Source: Sphagnum compactum
Taxonomy: Eukaryota
Assembly: GCA_965153455.1 (NCBI GenBank)
Contig: OZ234493.1
Span: 3,906,001-3,970,000 of the forward strand
Direction: 5' to 3'
Length of the DNA stretch: 64,000 bases
The position numbers were made by a program, and so were the translations under genes. A model generated the notes under the pieces. It ran no database searches. It was not told the DNA's origin and was given only the letters and a program-made list of their open reading frames with translations. Within the stretch, counting starts at the first letter, position 1. Each line of letters starts with the position of its first letter. This document shows, in pieces, positions 52,776 through 64,000 of this stretch.

Positions 52776-52975
52776 GATGGATGAATTCTGGTTGGACTGG
52801 TTTGGTCACTTGTGGATGAATTCTGGTTGGACTGGTTTGGTCACTTGTGGATGAATTCTGGTTGGACTGGTTTGGTCACTTGTGGATGAATTCAGGTTGG
52901 ACTGGTTTCGTCACTTGTGGATGAATTCTGGTTGGACTGGTTGGACACTCTTATGGATGAATTCTGGTTGGTGGG
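52776..52975. repeat. 35-bp minisatellite (~5.5 copies, tggatgaattctggttggactggtttggtcacttg), preceded by (CAGG)n and (CCTA)n
   Basis: An exact 35-bp period is visible (atgaattc at 52781, 52816, 52851, 52886, 52921). Confidence 0.95.
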
Positions 52976-53489
52976 TATGGAGTTTTCATCCAGAACTGGT
53001 TCGGGTATCAGCCGGTTCTCTCTCTCTCAGAACTGGCCAGGTACCATCTAGGGGTCTACCCAAGCTGATACCCGCATGTCATGATAATATTCAGGTTGGG
53101 AACTGGTTCAGTCTTCTAAGAATTGAGGTACTTTTTTCTTTAATGATATATTTGGGAGGTTATATTGATAACCTCAAGTACGGTTCTTAGTTCTTAATAG
53201 GGATTAGGGTAGTTGTTTAGATTAAGGGTTAGGGCTTATGGCGGCTGAGTATAAATTAGGGTGCCCGTCGAGGTTTTAGCGATAGATCAGGGTTTAAGTG
53301 GGTTTGTAAGTTTAGGGTTTAACATTTTTGTTTATAAACAAGGGGAACAACTCACTCATTCAAGGTAAGTGTTTTTTTTTTGCTTTGTGCTTCTTGCTTT
53401 TGTGTGTATTTCCTTTTGATTGTGTTTTTGTTTCATTGCTTGTTGTTGCAACTATAGGGAGGAAGCTTCGATTGAAGCTTTTGGGTGGT

Positions 53490-53805
53490 TTTCATTTTGT
53501 GAGTTTTTGCTCTCAATGCTCCTCGTTCTGTGAGCTCTTGCTCTCGGCACTCCTCATTTTATGTTCTTGCTCTAGGTGCCTCTCACTCTATGAGTTCTTA
53601 CTTTTGGCACTCCTTCCTCTATGTTCTTGTTGTGTTCTTGCTTTGGGTGTTTTTTGTTTTGTGTGTTTTTTGCTCTGGGCGCTCCTTGTTCTGTGCGCCC
53701 TCGCGCTAAGCATTCCTTGCTATGTGAGCTCTTGCTCTTGACACTCTTCGTTTTATGTTTTTGTTCTAAGCACTCTTCACTCTATGTGCTCTTGTTTTGG
53801 GCATA
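53490..53805 (+). repeat. Degenerate ~30-bp tandem repeats (gagctcttgctct.ggcactcct...) 5' of the hAT remnant
   Basis: The motif ctcttgctct..gcactc recurs; probably subterminal repeats of the element. Confidence 0.6.
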
Positions 53806-53859
53806 GGAAGAAAACATGAGATTAATCTTTAAGAAATTGCATGAATAGAAAGTGAAATG

Positions 53860-55700
53860 AAGGCCCAATGGAAGAAATTCTCCTACTTGGGTCTTTTTTT
53901 TTTGCATTAACGATGAGTCAAAAGTTGATGTGGAAATCCACAAATCATGCATTATATGTTATGTTATGAAACTAATAAGATTTGCAACATTAAAATGGAG
54001 AACTAGGTTGAGGAAAGGATCTGTTTCATATTTCAAGAATAATGGGATAATTGTTTTCAAAAAACATGTGGATGCAAACCATAATTTAATTGCAAGGACC
54101 TTTGAAGAGGAAATGAATAACAACATAAAAAATCCTCTGCAAAGGCAACTTGCAAAGAAGGGAGCCACAGTAACTAGAAGTGAAATCTCTAAGTTCTTTG
54201 GGGCCATAAATCCTTACAAAAAGGATAATGTGCACCAAAAAAATTTTTGGAAAAAATTAGATCTTCTTGCTGTAAATAGTCATTTATCCATTAAATTTGT
54301 TGAAAGTATGTGGTTGAAACATATGGTATTATAGTTGTGCCCTTGTGTAATTTTCCCTTCCAGAAAAATGTTTAACGAAGTGGTGTTATAGGGCTTGGTA
54401 GAGAAAATCAAACAAACATATGTTTTACCAATTTTGGCAAAATGTGTGTCTACCACAAGTTTCGACTTATGGATGTCCAAAGGGGCACATGACATTTTTG
54501 CATTAGTAGTTTTTTTTTTAGGATGGGATTGGATGTCAAAACATATATAACGATTGGATTGTTTAAGGCTTTTGAAACTTCAAGACAAGAATTGGCAAAC
54601 ATCCTCAAAAATCTTTTAAAACGATATGGATTAACAAAAAAAATAATTACCTATGTAAAAGACAAAGGGTTAATATGAATGCCATAACAATTGCCTTAGA
54701 AACAGTTGTCAATTGTGAAGCATTGGGTGTAATCTAAACTGTTCAAAGCACATGCTTTGAACAGGCCTTCTTAAAGGCTTGTCAACATGCAATCAAAAAT
54801 GAAAGAGTTTGTAAGAGAATATGTTTCCATAAAGTCTGTTCAAACAAATTTGTAGAAATGTATTACATGCCCAAAAAAGTTAAGAAAAGGAAGGCAAAAA
54901 TGGATGAAGGCTTACATTAGTGCAAGCCTAAAACCTAGAAAATTGAATACACCAATTAAAACAAGGTAAAATACAACTTCTTTTTGTTTTTTAAAAATCT
55001 TAATTTGCATTCTTTTGTCAATTTGTTAGCATATGATTATCTAATTTTAAATTTCACTTGTGCACATTTGCAAGCAAGGTGATAATGTTTCAAGAAACAT
55101 TTCTATATTGTGAAGTTATTGTTTTGTTTACAATATGCAAGCTTGGCCTTGAATTACAAGCCGTGTACCTCCTCCCCTTACATGCATATATCATAAATCA
55201 TTGTAAACATTGTCACCAATTGTAATTTAGTTACACCTTGAACTAATCCAAAGGTTGATGGTTGTTAAGTGATGCCTTACAAACAACCATATCTTTTAAG
55301 TCAAAAAGAAGAAATGAACATATCTTCCTATGTTGGATGCATTTGTTGATGATGATTCTAGTTTAGATGTTGAGATAAGAATTTATTTTTTTGCAAGGAA
55401 CATGAAAAGGGAGGTTGTTAGGGTCATTGATTCTTTCCTCTCCTCCTTAACAAAATATGATAAGAAGAAAATTTAGGGTTTAAGGTTTAGGGCTCACAAT
55501 ATGCTAGCCCTAATGTTGGATCCTAAATTAAAAAGTCTTCAAACAGAAAAAAAAAAAATATTATCCCCTTGCTAATATACTTTACCAATTTGAAAAAATT
55601 GTCAATTACAACTTTAAAAATTTTTGAAAAATTTAATCTTTGTGTATAAGAATTGGCCTAATGATGTAAAGGTTGGTTGCAAGGCCCATTCCATGATTCC
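53860..55700 (+). mobile_element. Decayed hAT (BED-finger) transposase with internal deletions
   Basis: CIICY...SYFKNNG...KKHVDANH (BED-like), SFDLWMSKGAHDIFALV (catalytic D), TYVKDKG, HNMLALMLDP and KNWPND. Multiple stops and frameshifts. Confidence 0.85.
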
Positions 55701-56302
55701 ATTTTTCCCGATTATAATTTCATCACATGTTTTTCTCTTATATTTGTTTTTGATTTTCATGTTTGTTTTAGTCTTCTTGTACATAATATGGAAAATATGG
55801 AGATTTTGCTTAATCTCTATGCAAATAAAACCCTTTGATGTATACAAATCAGGTCCCTCTCAGCAGGCAGCAGCATAATTGCACTGTGACCGTCGGGAGG
55901 ACACAAATGGAAAAGATTTGACTCCCCCTTGATTCTCTCTCTTTGTTAGTGTCTCCTCCCATCCACCACCCAAAACATGTTTAATACTTTTTAACTATCT
56001 TTACAACACTAATCTACTGGTACGTACTAGCCAATAATACAATTTTTTTCTTCATATAAGTGCACACTTGCTTACCAAAAGCAAAGCAATATAATTGCAG
56101 CCGTGTTTGTCGCTCCTTCCCAACAAGCTCTGATGGAAAACCCGGAGCCCCCAAAGCAAACCTGCTGTTGCATATACATTGTTATCTTTGAATTGTGGTC
56201 CCGTGAATGCATCTCCCTGCTAGAAACCAGACCCAGCAGTGAATCCATCTCTTGTTGAAATTGTTGTAAATACACAGACATATATATGCCACCGGGTAGG
56301 CA

Positions 56303-59300
56303 TCACAGTTGATCAGCAGCAGCAGCAGCAGCCTGGGGCTTGATTTGGATTTGGCTTTCTTCTTCTCTGTCACCACTCCCTGTTTCTAATGGTCTTCCTT
56401 TCCAACTGGTGCTGTCTGACTTTCCTTCCTCACCACCACTGTCATATTGGTACCCCACACCACTTGACACCGGATTTGTTACTTGCAAAGGTGCCTGTAA
56501 CAGCAGCCCAAAGCAGTAGCCCAAAGCAGTTGAAAATAGAATATCAGTCCAAAACTGACAAAACTTGAAAGTCCATTGATTCTGGGCTGGTTATCACATC
56601 AAACTCCCTATTCATAGACTGCATCCAGCAGAATGCTTGAACATTTTCAAACCTAAAACCCTACGTCCAATCATCAAGTCAGAATCTTCATTGGTAGGAA
56701 AAAATTTGTATCCTATTCATAATGTTAGGACCATTCAAAGAAAGGACATCTAATTGTTGTCTTTGATGTCTGACTTTCATAGACCTTTTCGCAGGCTTCA
56801 AGGCTCTACCTGTGGTGAGGTTTGAGACTGAGAGACTGCTTGCTGTGATTGTGGACAGTCAGGCTCTTGCATCTGCGGCTTATTTTCAGACCTCCTGTTG
56901 TTGTTGAAGTTGGCAAAGTGGTCTTGTGGAAGGGTGGACTTGCAGTAGCTTGAATATTGGGGTGAATGATGGCTGGCTGAAGGATTATACACTCCTGCAG
57001 CTGCTGTTTGTGCAGCAGCAGCAGCAGCTGCCACATAGTCAGGGCCAGGACCCCAGATGGTCCCCAACACCACCAGTTGAGGTGCATGTGCAGATGCAGA
57101 CTGCGGTGGTGGGCTTGGTCTTCGTGTGTGCAGACGATATTTCTGCAGAGCTCATAAACCCACCTACCTCTTGTCAGCACAGCACAAACATTCAAAGCTC
57201 CTGATATAAATGGAGTACACTCAGTACAACAGGTTTTTCCTCTTAAGAGTACCTGCAGGTGGCTCTTCACTTCATCATTGGTAAGGCCATCCACTTTCAT
57301 GAGCTCTCTAATCTGCTTCGGTGTGGCAACTGCATCAATGCAAAGTGAAACCCTTCAAGGCACTGTAGGCTTCTACCTACAGACTACACCTAATGTGTGC
57401 TATGGCACTTTTCATCAGGCAATGTGAGTATTCCTTAATCTCTCTCTCTCTCTCTCTCTCTCTATTTTAAAGATTTTTTCAAATGAAGCCCTTAGAACAA
57501 CCTGCAACAGTCACATGCGGAAATGGAAGCATTGCACAGGCAACTACCCATATTAAAAGTCCTTCATGATGATGGAAGTCCAGGATGTCAAATACACAAG
57601 GGAAGGAAAAATTGAGGGAAAGAAGCTACAAGAAGCAAATGGCAAAGTGTAACTTCAGAAGTTGGAACTACCTTGGGAGCCACCGAGTTGCTGAAGTGCA
57701 CAGACAAAGCGCTGGTGAAGCTCAGGGGACCAACACCTGCAGACAGAAGATACATAGTCAGAATCAAGCATCTCCATCATAGCTTGTTTGCTGTATTAGT
57801 GCTAGACTTTCAGAATGCTTGGAGGAGCCCATCTCTCCAGAAGGAATTCTACAGCAGGATGTTCAAATTTTAGAAAGAGAACTTAATGTTCTGGAATGTA
57901 AGAACCAAATCTGGCCTGAAAATATGCCTGACACACCATTGAAAAAACAAATGAACAAATGAACAATGGAACTACAAGAGATGGTGTCACAGAAGGAAAA
58001 TTCTACCTCCGTGCCTTGCGCTGGGACTGACTGCCACCTTCACTGCAGGTACTCCCAGCACCTGACACTACATTTATCAAAGGCCTCTTCATGCAACCCT
58101 GAGCATTCACCTCTTGAGTGCTCAGACCAGCATCAATGCCTCCAACCTCCGACTCTGCCACCAGAAATGCCTGGCCTTCAAGACCAGGCAGCTGCTGGAC
58201 AGATGAGAGGCTTAGATTAGCACCATTGCTTGTCACAGGATTAGATTGTGACACAACAGCAGGGGGGGTAAGCTGTTTCTTTCTTGTGAATGGTAGAAAT
58301 GCACCAGTTGGTCGTTGCTTTGAGCTCAAGAGGAGCCTCGAGCTTTCAATTGAACCATTTGCCTGCTCCACTCTTGTACATTCCCCTTGTCCACACCTGT
58401 CTTCTGGTGACAAATCCTTCTGCAGAAATGAATCCAGGAATGTAGATCGTCAGGAGACTTGTCTCTTCCTCTCAAGCAGGAACACAAAAAGGGCTACTGC
58501 AGCCTGAGAAGAAAGAATCCTTCATTTAGAAATACTGCAAAACCAAATTTTAGTCCAATTCTCCAACACCAATCTGTGAGTAACTCTCCATCTCCCCACA
58601 AAAGGACCCAACAGAATGTTCAACAAAATCTCAAACTAAGATTGCTGGAATGTCATGTGTTCTAGATTGGCAGCACCAGGACTCCTGCAAAATCTGGGCA
58701 CATGAACCAAAACTCGACTCTTAGAGCTAGATCCTTGGAAGATGGGATGTGAGCTGAAACTGCAGACCTCATTGCGAGCCTCTGCTATTGCTGCATGCCG
58801 AGTCCAAAGCTGGGCTTCAGCCATCCATGCAGGCCTTCCAATATCAATCCCACAAGTTCGCTCAACTTGTCGATCTCCTTCCTCATCCCTCCCCAACAAC
58901 TGATCTCCTCCTTGTAATCTCTCCAATCGCCTCTTCTTAAGAGGCATGAATTCCTTGAGCACCAGTTTGTTATTATCATTTGGGCTCGAAACATTGCTCT
59001 GTGACTTCTCAGGGGTGCTGCACCGAAGCTGTAGAGGTTGTTGGGGTGTTCCTGGAGCCGGTTGCATCTCTTCCAACTGCTCCTTTGACTTTGCAATAGC
59101 TGTGGGAATAGGATGCAAAGAGCTCTGTTAGTAACGTTTTTGCAACAGTAGTACTCTGACAGCTCTGTTGCTACTACATTAGATTCAAAAGACTCCCCAA
59201 AGTTTGAATCTTTCATGGCAACTTTCAAAGTTGGAATCTTTCAAAAGATGGACATTCTGGACAAGCGAACCAAAAGGGCTATTGAGAAAAGATGCCTTCT

Positions 59301-59491
59301 TCAAGGAGTTGCATGCACAGAGGTAGCTCGCGCTTGAAAGCTTCAATCTTGCGCTGCTCGTCTTCGAGAGCTTGTATGCGACCCAACTGGTTGTTTACCA
59401 ATGGGTTCCTGACTTCCGAGCTTGTAATTGTAGATGCACTGCTGGGTGCTTGAGTTTGGCAGCCTAAGGAGAGGTCAGGTGGAGAGGCCAT
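56303..59491 (-). CDS. HRS1/HHO/NIGT1-family GARP (G2-like Myb) repressor, ~535 aa. Exons 59491-59296, 59099-58768, 58419-58007, 57736-57672, 57329-57253, 57142-56810, 56494-56303
   Basis: N-terminal coiled coil [22 protein letters not shown], motifs [16 protein letters not shown] and GAFLPF, and the GARP domain [61 protein letters not shown]. Intron 1 requires a GC donor. Confidence 0.92.
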
Positions 59492-60629
59492 GGTTGTTGC
59501 AGACTTGCCACAGCCACAATAATACTATCAATGTCTCTTCAGCAGCATCCTGTTTGCACACTGGGCATGATGTGCGAAGAAAGCTCTTCAATGTGCCTGA
59601 AACAGAGCAAGTCTTAATCCAATGTGCAGAGGAGAGACAGTATCCAAAGAGTCTGAATGCGACATAGACTTTTTTTTGAGTTTGCAATTGAGGTGAACTC
59701 CAGTTCAGGGAGAAGACTACTACAGTTGCTACAAGAACGCAAGTTCTGTGTCTGCTGCCCTCCCATGCATTCTAACCCATGGCTGCAGTTCTGCTTGCAA
59801 TGCTGCAAGATTGCAGCCACATTGGAAACGTTGATGACTACAGATTTGGAAGCTATCGCTTATTGACGGAGGCATTACAAACCACATGATTCTGCAACGA
59901 CGATGACTAGTAAGATGGAACAGATCTCAAAACTCTCTTGAAAACCAGAAACCACTAGTTTCTCACAACTCTCTTGGCACTAGTTTTCCCAGAACTGCTC
60001 GTACTGGTAGACAAGACCAAAAACAAAAAGACCACAAAAATACTAGTCCAACGCTCTCAGATTGACGACAAACTCGTAACATACAAAAAGTCCTCACACA
60101 GTCATCAGAGCGAGTTTTCTGCCGAAATGAGGTGAGAATCGAGATCAGACAGAAAGCCACAACACAGAAACGCGCAAAGAAGAGAATGAGAGATGTAACT
60201 CACCAGCTCCAAAACATGCACCGAAATAGAGAAAAGAATTACGTCGTCGATGGCTCATCGATTTTTGAACGCTCACAGATCATCATCGTTCACAACGTTT
60301 TCTCCTCCTCCTCCTCCTCAGCATCCTCCGCAAGAAGGGAACCGCACATTGCAAGCTCCAATTCTCGTGTTTTCCAGCTTCATCGCAGTTCCGTAACCAG
60401 ACTCTTCAATAGTTTCCCAATAATATTCTCATCAAGATCATCTGAATCCTAAGATCATAGTAGAGGTCATTCGACTCCGTGTTCTTTCAAAGCAAAATAG
60501 ATGTATCATCAAGTTGCGCTACCTTGCTGCACGCGACTTGCAGCTATCTCAAAATTTCCTTCACTCATGATCATCCTGCATACACAAACAATACAATACA
60601 ACAGATAAATTATCCATCAAAATCAACTT

Positions 60630-61390
60630 ACTACTACACAAGCATCCACCACGACGCACTCACTCGCTCAAATCCTGTTGCAATGGTGAGAAAAAAAGAC
60701 GCAAAAAATGATATTGATCATCAAAGCCGCCATTCTTGCTCACAATAACATCGACCTCAAAGGGGCCAAAACCAAAACAAAAATACGGGAAAAAAAACTC
60801 TGAATCTTTCGTAGTTCTACTCTACTAAACAAGCATCCACAACGACACTGAATCTTTCATAATGTTACTCTACTAAACAAGCATCCACCGCGACGAATTC
60901 ACTCGCTAAAATCCTGTTGCAATGGCGAGAAAAACAGACGGGAAGAAGTCATATCATCATAGCCGCCATTCTTGATAATAATAACTCAATCTCAAAGGGG
61001 CCAAAACAAAACACTGAATCTCTCATAATAGGTATTATTCTACTAAACGAGCATCCACAAAGACGAATTCACTCGCTAAAATCCTGTTGCGACGGCGAGA
61101 AAAACAGACGGGAAAAATCATATCATAGCAGCCGCCATTCTTGGACATAGTAACATCGATCTCAAAGAGTCCCCCCCGAAAAAAGAAAAAAACTAAAAAA
61201 ACTAAAACCAAAACCAAAACAACGAAAAGAAAACACTCGATCTGTCAATGCTTATAAGCATCCACGACGATGCAGTTTCTCACTAAAATCCTGTTGTCAA
61301 TGGTGAGAAAAACAGACGGGCAAAAGAGCATTACCATCGTGATCATCAAAGGCGCCGACGTTCTTGACCATTATAACATCGATCTCCTCC
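60630..61390. repeat. Four diverged ~170-240-bp tandem units in the HHO 5' leader/intron
   Basis: agcatccac..cgacg..ctcactcgctaaaatcctgttgcaatgg.gagaaaaacagacg...gccgccattcttg recurs near 60640, 60880, 61050 and 61257. Confidence 0.9.
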
Positions 61391-62612
61391 TGAAGAGAAG
61401 GGGAAAAAAACCCGGAAAAATACACCCAAAAAGAAAGGAAAAAAGAAGAAATTACGTAGTCTTAGATTTTTCTGCCGATTTGTTTCATGCACAGAAGGAG
61501 ATGAAGGTGGCGAATGTGACCGTAAAATCCGCCATCTTTTCTTTTTTCTTTTTCCTTGGTTTTCTTTCTCTGTGTCTCTCTTCGTCTCCTCCAGCAGCTT
61601 GAATGGATTTGTTGTTGAAAAGCTCGTGAGTAGCATCCAAAGGAAGGTGTCAGAGTATATCTCAGCGAACGAAATGGGATTCTTCTGCAACAACAACAAC
61701 AACAAACACATACACGAAGGAAACGAAGAAGAATAAACCTTCCGACTTTCTTCGAATCTTTGAAATGCTCGTTGCTGCTACCTACCTCCCTAGTACCTAC
61801 CTACCTAGTTACTTACGTACCTAAGTACTTACCTATTCATCCTTTTTTTTGTTTTTTTGTTTTTTTTTGGTTTTTTTTTCCTTGGGTTTGGAGAAAAAAG
61901 AATTCATGAAAAAAATTTGAGTGTCAAGGGGGGCGGGGGGGGGGGGGGGATTTGGTTTTATTGAAAAAAAAAAAACGAAAGTGTTGGGGAATTATTATTT
62001 TTTAATAAAAACGATTATTAATTGGGGTGTGTTGAGGAATTTTTTTAATGGAAAAATATTTAAAAGTATCTTCTGCAACGGATTAGGTATTCAAAAACAG
62101 TGTGGCGGGAGAGAGGAGGAAAGGCCAAACTATAATTTAATTTTAAAAAAAAAAAAAAAAAACAGGGGCGGCGGAGGGGGTACAAGACTCAAGTACGTAC
62201 TTACTACTTACATGTTGATTTATTTGGTTAATAATTACTTCTCAGGGGGGGTGGGGGGAGGGGGGAAGATATTGGGAAAAGCCAAACTAAAAAGTACAAG
62301 TGAGGCCCCCAAAAGTATATATCCTTTAATCAATCATTATTATTAAGTTTTAAAATATAATTTTTATAATTATAATTATAATAAATGAATAAAATTTTAA
62401 TGATTAATACTATTTTCTGGATTTTTATTTTCTATTTTTCTCATAATTACTGAACAGTAAATTAATAAAGAAAAAAGAGAGGGGGAAAAAAAAAAGAAGC
62501 CCTATTATCTATCTATCTATCTAGCTAATAAAGAGAACACACACACACAGGAGAAGCGTGACAAGAAGGAAGGAAGGAAGGGGGGGATCCCCACCAGGAT
62601 CTTCTTCTTCAG

Positions 62613-63948
62613 GAATATCCAGGGATCAGAAATGGCAGCCAAAGTGGCACTTGTCCAGAGAATTCAGGCATATTCCCACTTATCCCAAATGGGCTGTTGA
62701 TCGAGTGAGTGTGAATGAGTCAGTCAGTCTCAAATACATACCTACTTACTTACTTACTTACTTACTTTACCTACCTACCTATCATCGTCATCATCATCCC
62801 CCCCATCTCCCTCACCAACAACTAACTAACCCTTGTTCTTACCCCCAAAGATAACCCAAGTTACCTGGTTTTGGTGTCTTCTAGGGTTTAAATCCAGGGT
62901 TTATTTATACCCTAAAACCACTACTACATTTTAAAACCCTATAACTATAAACCTTAAAAGACAACCCAAAATTAACCCAAGTTACTTACCCACTCAATAA
63001 AGTTTCTTTTGCTCGCACATTGGTTGGCTGAAACCCCATATAACTCACACTCTTTTGTGTCCTATAAACCGTCGTTAGCTTGACATCCTACCTCACACTC
63101 TTCGGTGTCCCATAACCCGGAAGCTTGAGTTATATGGTATCAAGAAAAGTCTTGACTATTCCTTTGAGTTCCCTTCTTCCGTCCCTTGAGTTCTATCCTA
63201 CATTTTCTCAAGCACAATAACAAGCCCACACAATAACACTTTAAAAAATGCCAAGTCTAGTCATGTGTGTGCGATGAAGCCAAAATTGATGACAAAGGGG
63301 GCGGGGCAGGTATATTCTAGAGTTGTTGTCTTGAGAATAATGTTTTAGTACATTCTTTATATCCCTTTTTTTTTTAAAAAAAAATTTCCGGGGCTTTAAG
63401 GAACCAAAAAACCAGCTTTAGGAATGTCTTTTCACCTTAGGAAAATGTCCATCCGGGGAAGGCCGTTTGCAAAATTGTGTGGTGACACATAACTAGAAGT
63501 GAGAACCCATCATTTGAATGTCATCAATGGCTTCCCCACTTTCCTTCCTACCCATCTCCCCGCACCACCAAAACCCTCCACCCCATCCCTCCCCCCTTTC
63601 CCTTCCTCTCTTTGTCAAGTCATAAGCCAAACCCACGACAATGTCACATAGCATGGGCAAGAAAAGTGCAAGCATACGGAGTGCAAAGCAAAATTGAAAT
63701 GAAGCTTGGATGTTGGATTCTCAATTTGGATACCATATGAAAGGAGGAGAACACAAGAAAGTAGTACTTCACGGGCTTCTTAAGTACTTACATGAACATG
63801 CCATTCGGCATGCATTGGAGTCGAGCGATTGATTGAATGGATGATGAGGCCACCGGCTTATTATAAGGATGTAAATTCAAGAGTTGGATGGAAAGCAAAG
63901 CACGAGGGAGATTTGCTAGTGGAGCGCAACTTGTATCCATGAATATCC
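62613..63948. promoter_or_regulatory. Cluster of four P1BS elements (GNATATNC) upstream of the HHO/NIGT1-like gene
   Basis: GAATATCC 62613-62620, GCATATTC 62668-62675, GTATATTC 63310-63317 and GAATATCC 63941-63948. Confidence 0.6.
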
Positions 63949-64000
63949 TTCATAGAAAAGAGAAGGGATATTACAAGCTAAAAGCGAATGATCCATCGCT

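Noticed and set aside
62640-63120. Nitrate-responsive element (NLP site) in the HHO promoter
   Set aside because: Only partial half-site matches with wrong spacing relative to TGACcCTT-N10-AAGAG.
1-64000. tRNA, rRNA or snRNA genes and U12 introns
   Set aside because: No cloverleaf or rRNA-like segments were seen, and (G/A)TATCCTT matches do not coincide with exon boundaries.

Overview
Eukaryotic land-plant genomic DNA. An intact IFT88 gene together with plant-specific TF families implies a lineage with flagellated sperm; a moss such as Sphagnum is my guess, not proven. Six multi-exon genes could be spliced by hand: a subgroup IIIf-like MYC_N/bHLH/ACT factor (+), IFT88 (-), a trihelix factor with an unexpected SAM-like C-terminus (+), an FLX-like coiled-coil protein (-), an ARID-ELM2-SANT protein (-) and an HRS1/HHO/NIGT1-type GARP repressor (-). 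The AT-rich gaps hold decayed transposons: a pogo/DDE_1-like element, two hAT elements, MITEs and a Penelope-like reverse transcriptase relic. Highlights are the trihelix-SAM fusion, the Penelope-like relic, an ~18-copy palindromic repeat array with variable spacers in the FLX-like promoter, a tandem repeat at the 5' end of every gene, P1BS/GAATCT clusters and a GC-AG intron at the HHO gene, a telomere-repeat insertion inside a dead transposase, and all-phase-0 introns in IFT88. All coordinates and translations were derived by eye; no database searches were run.
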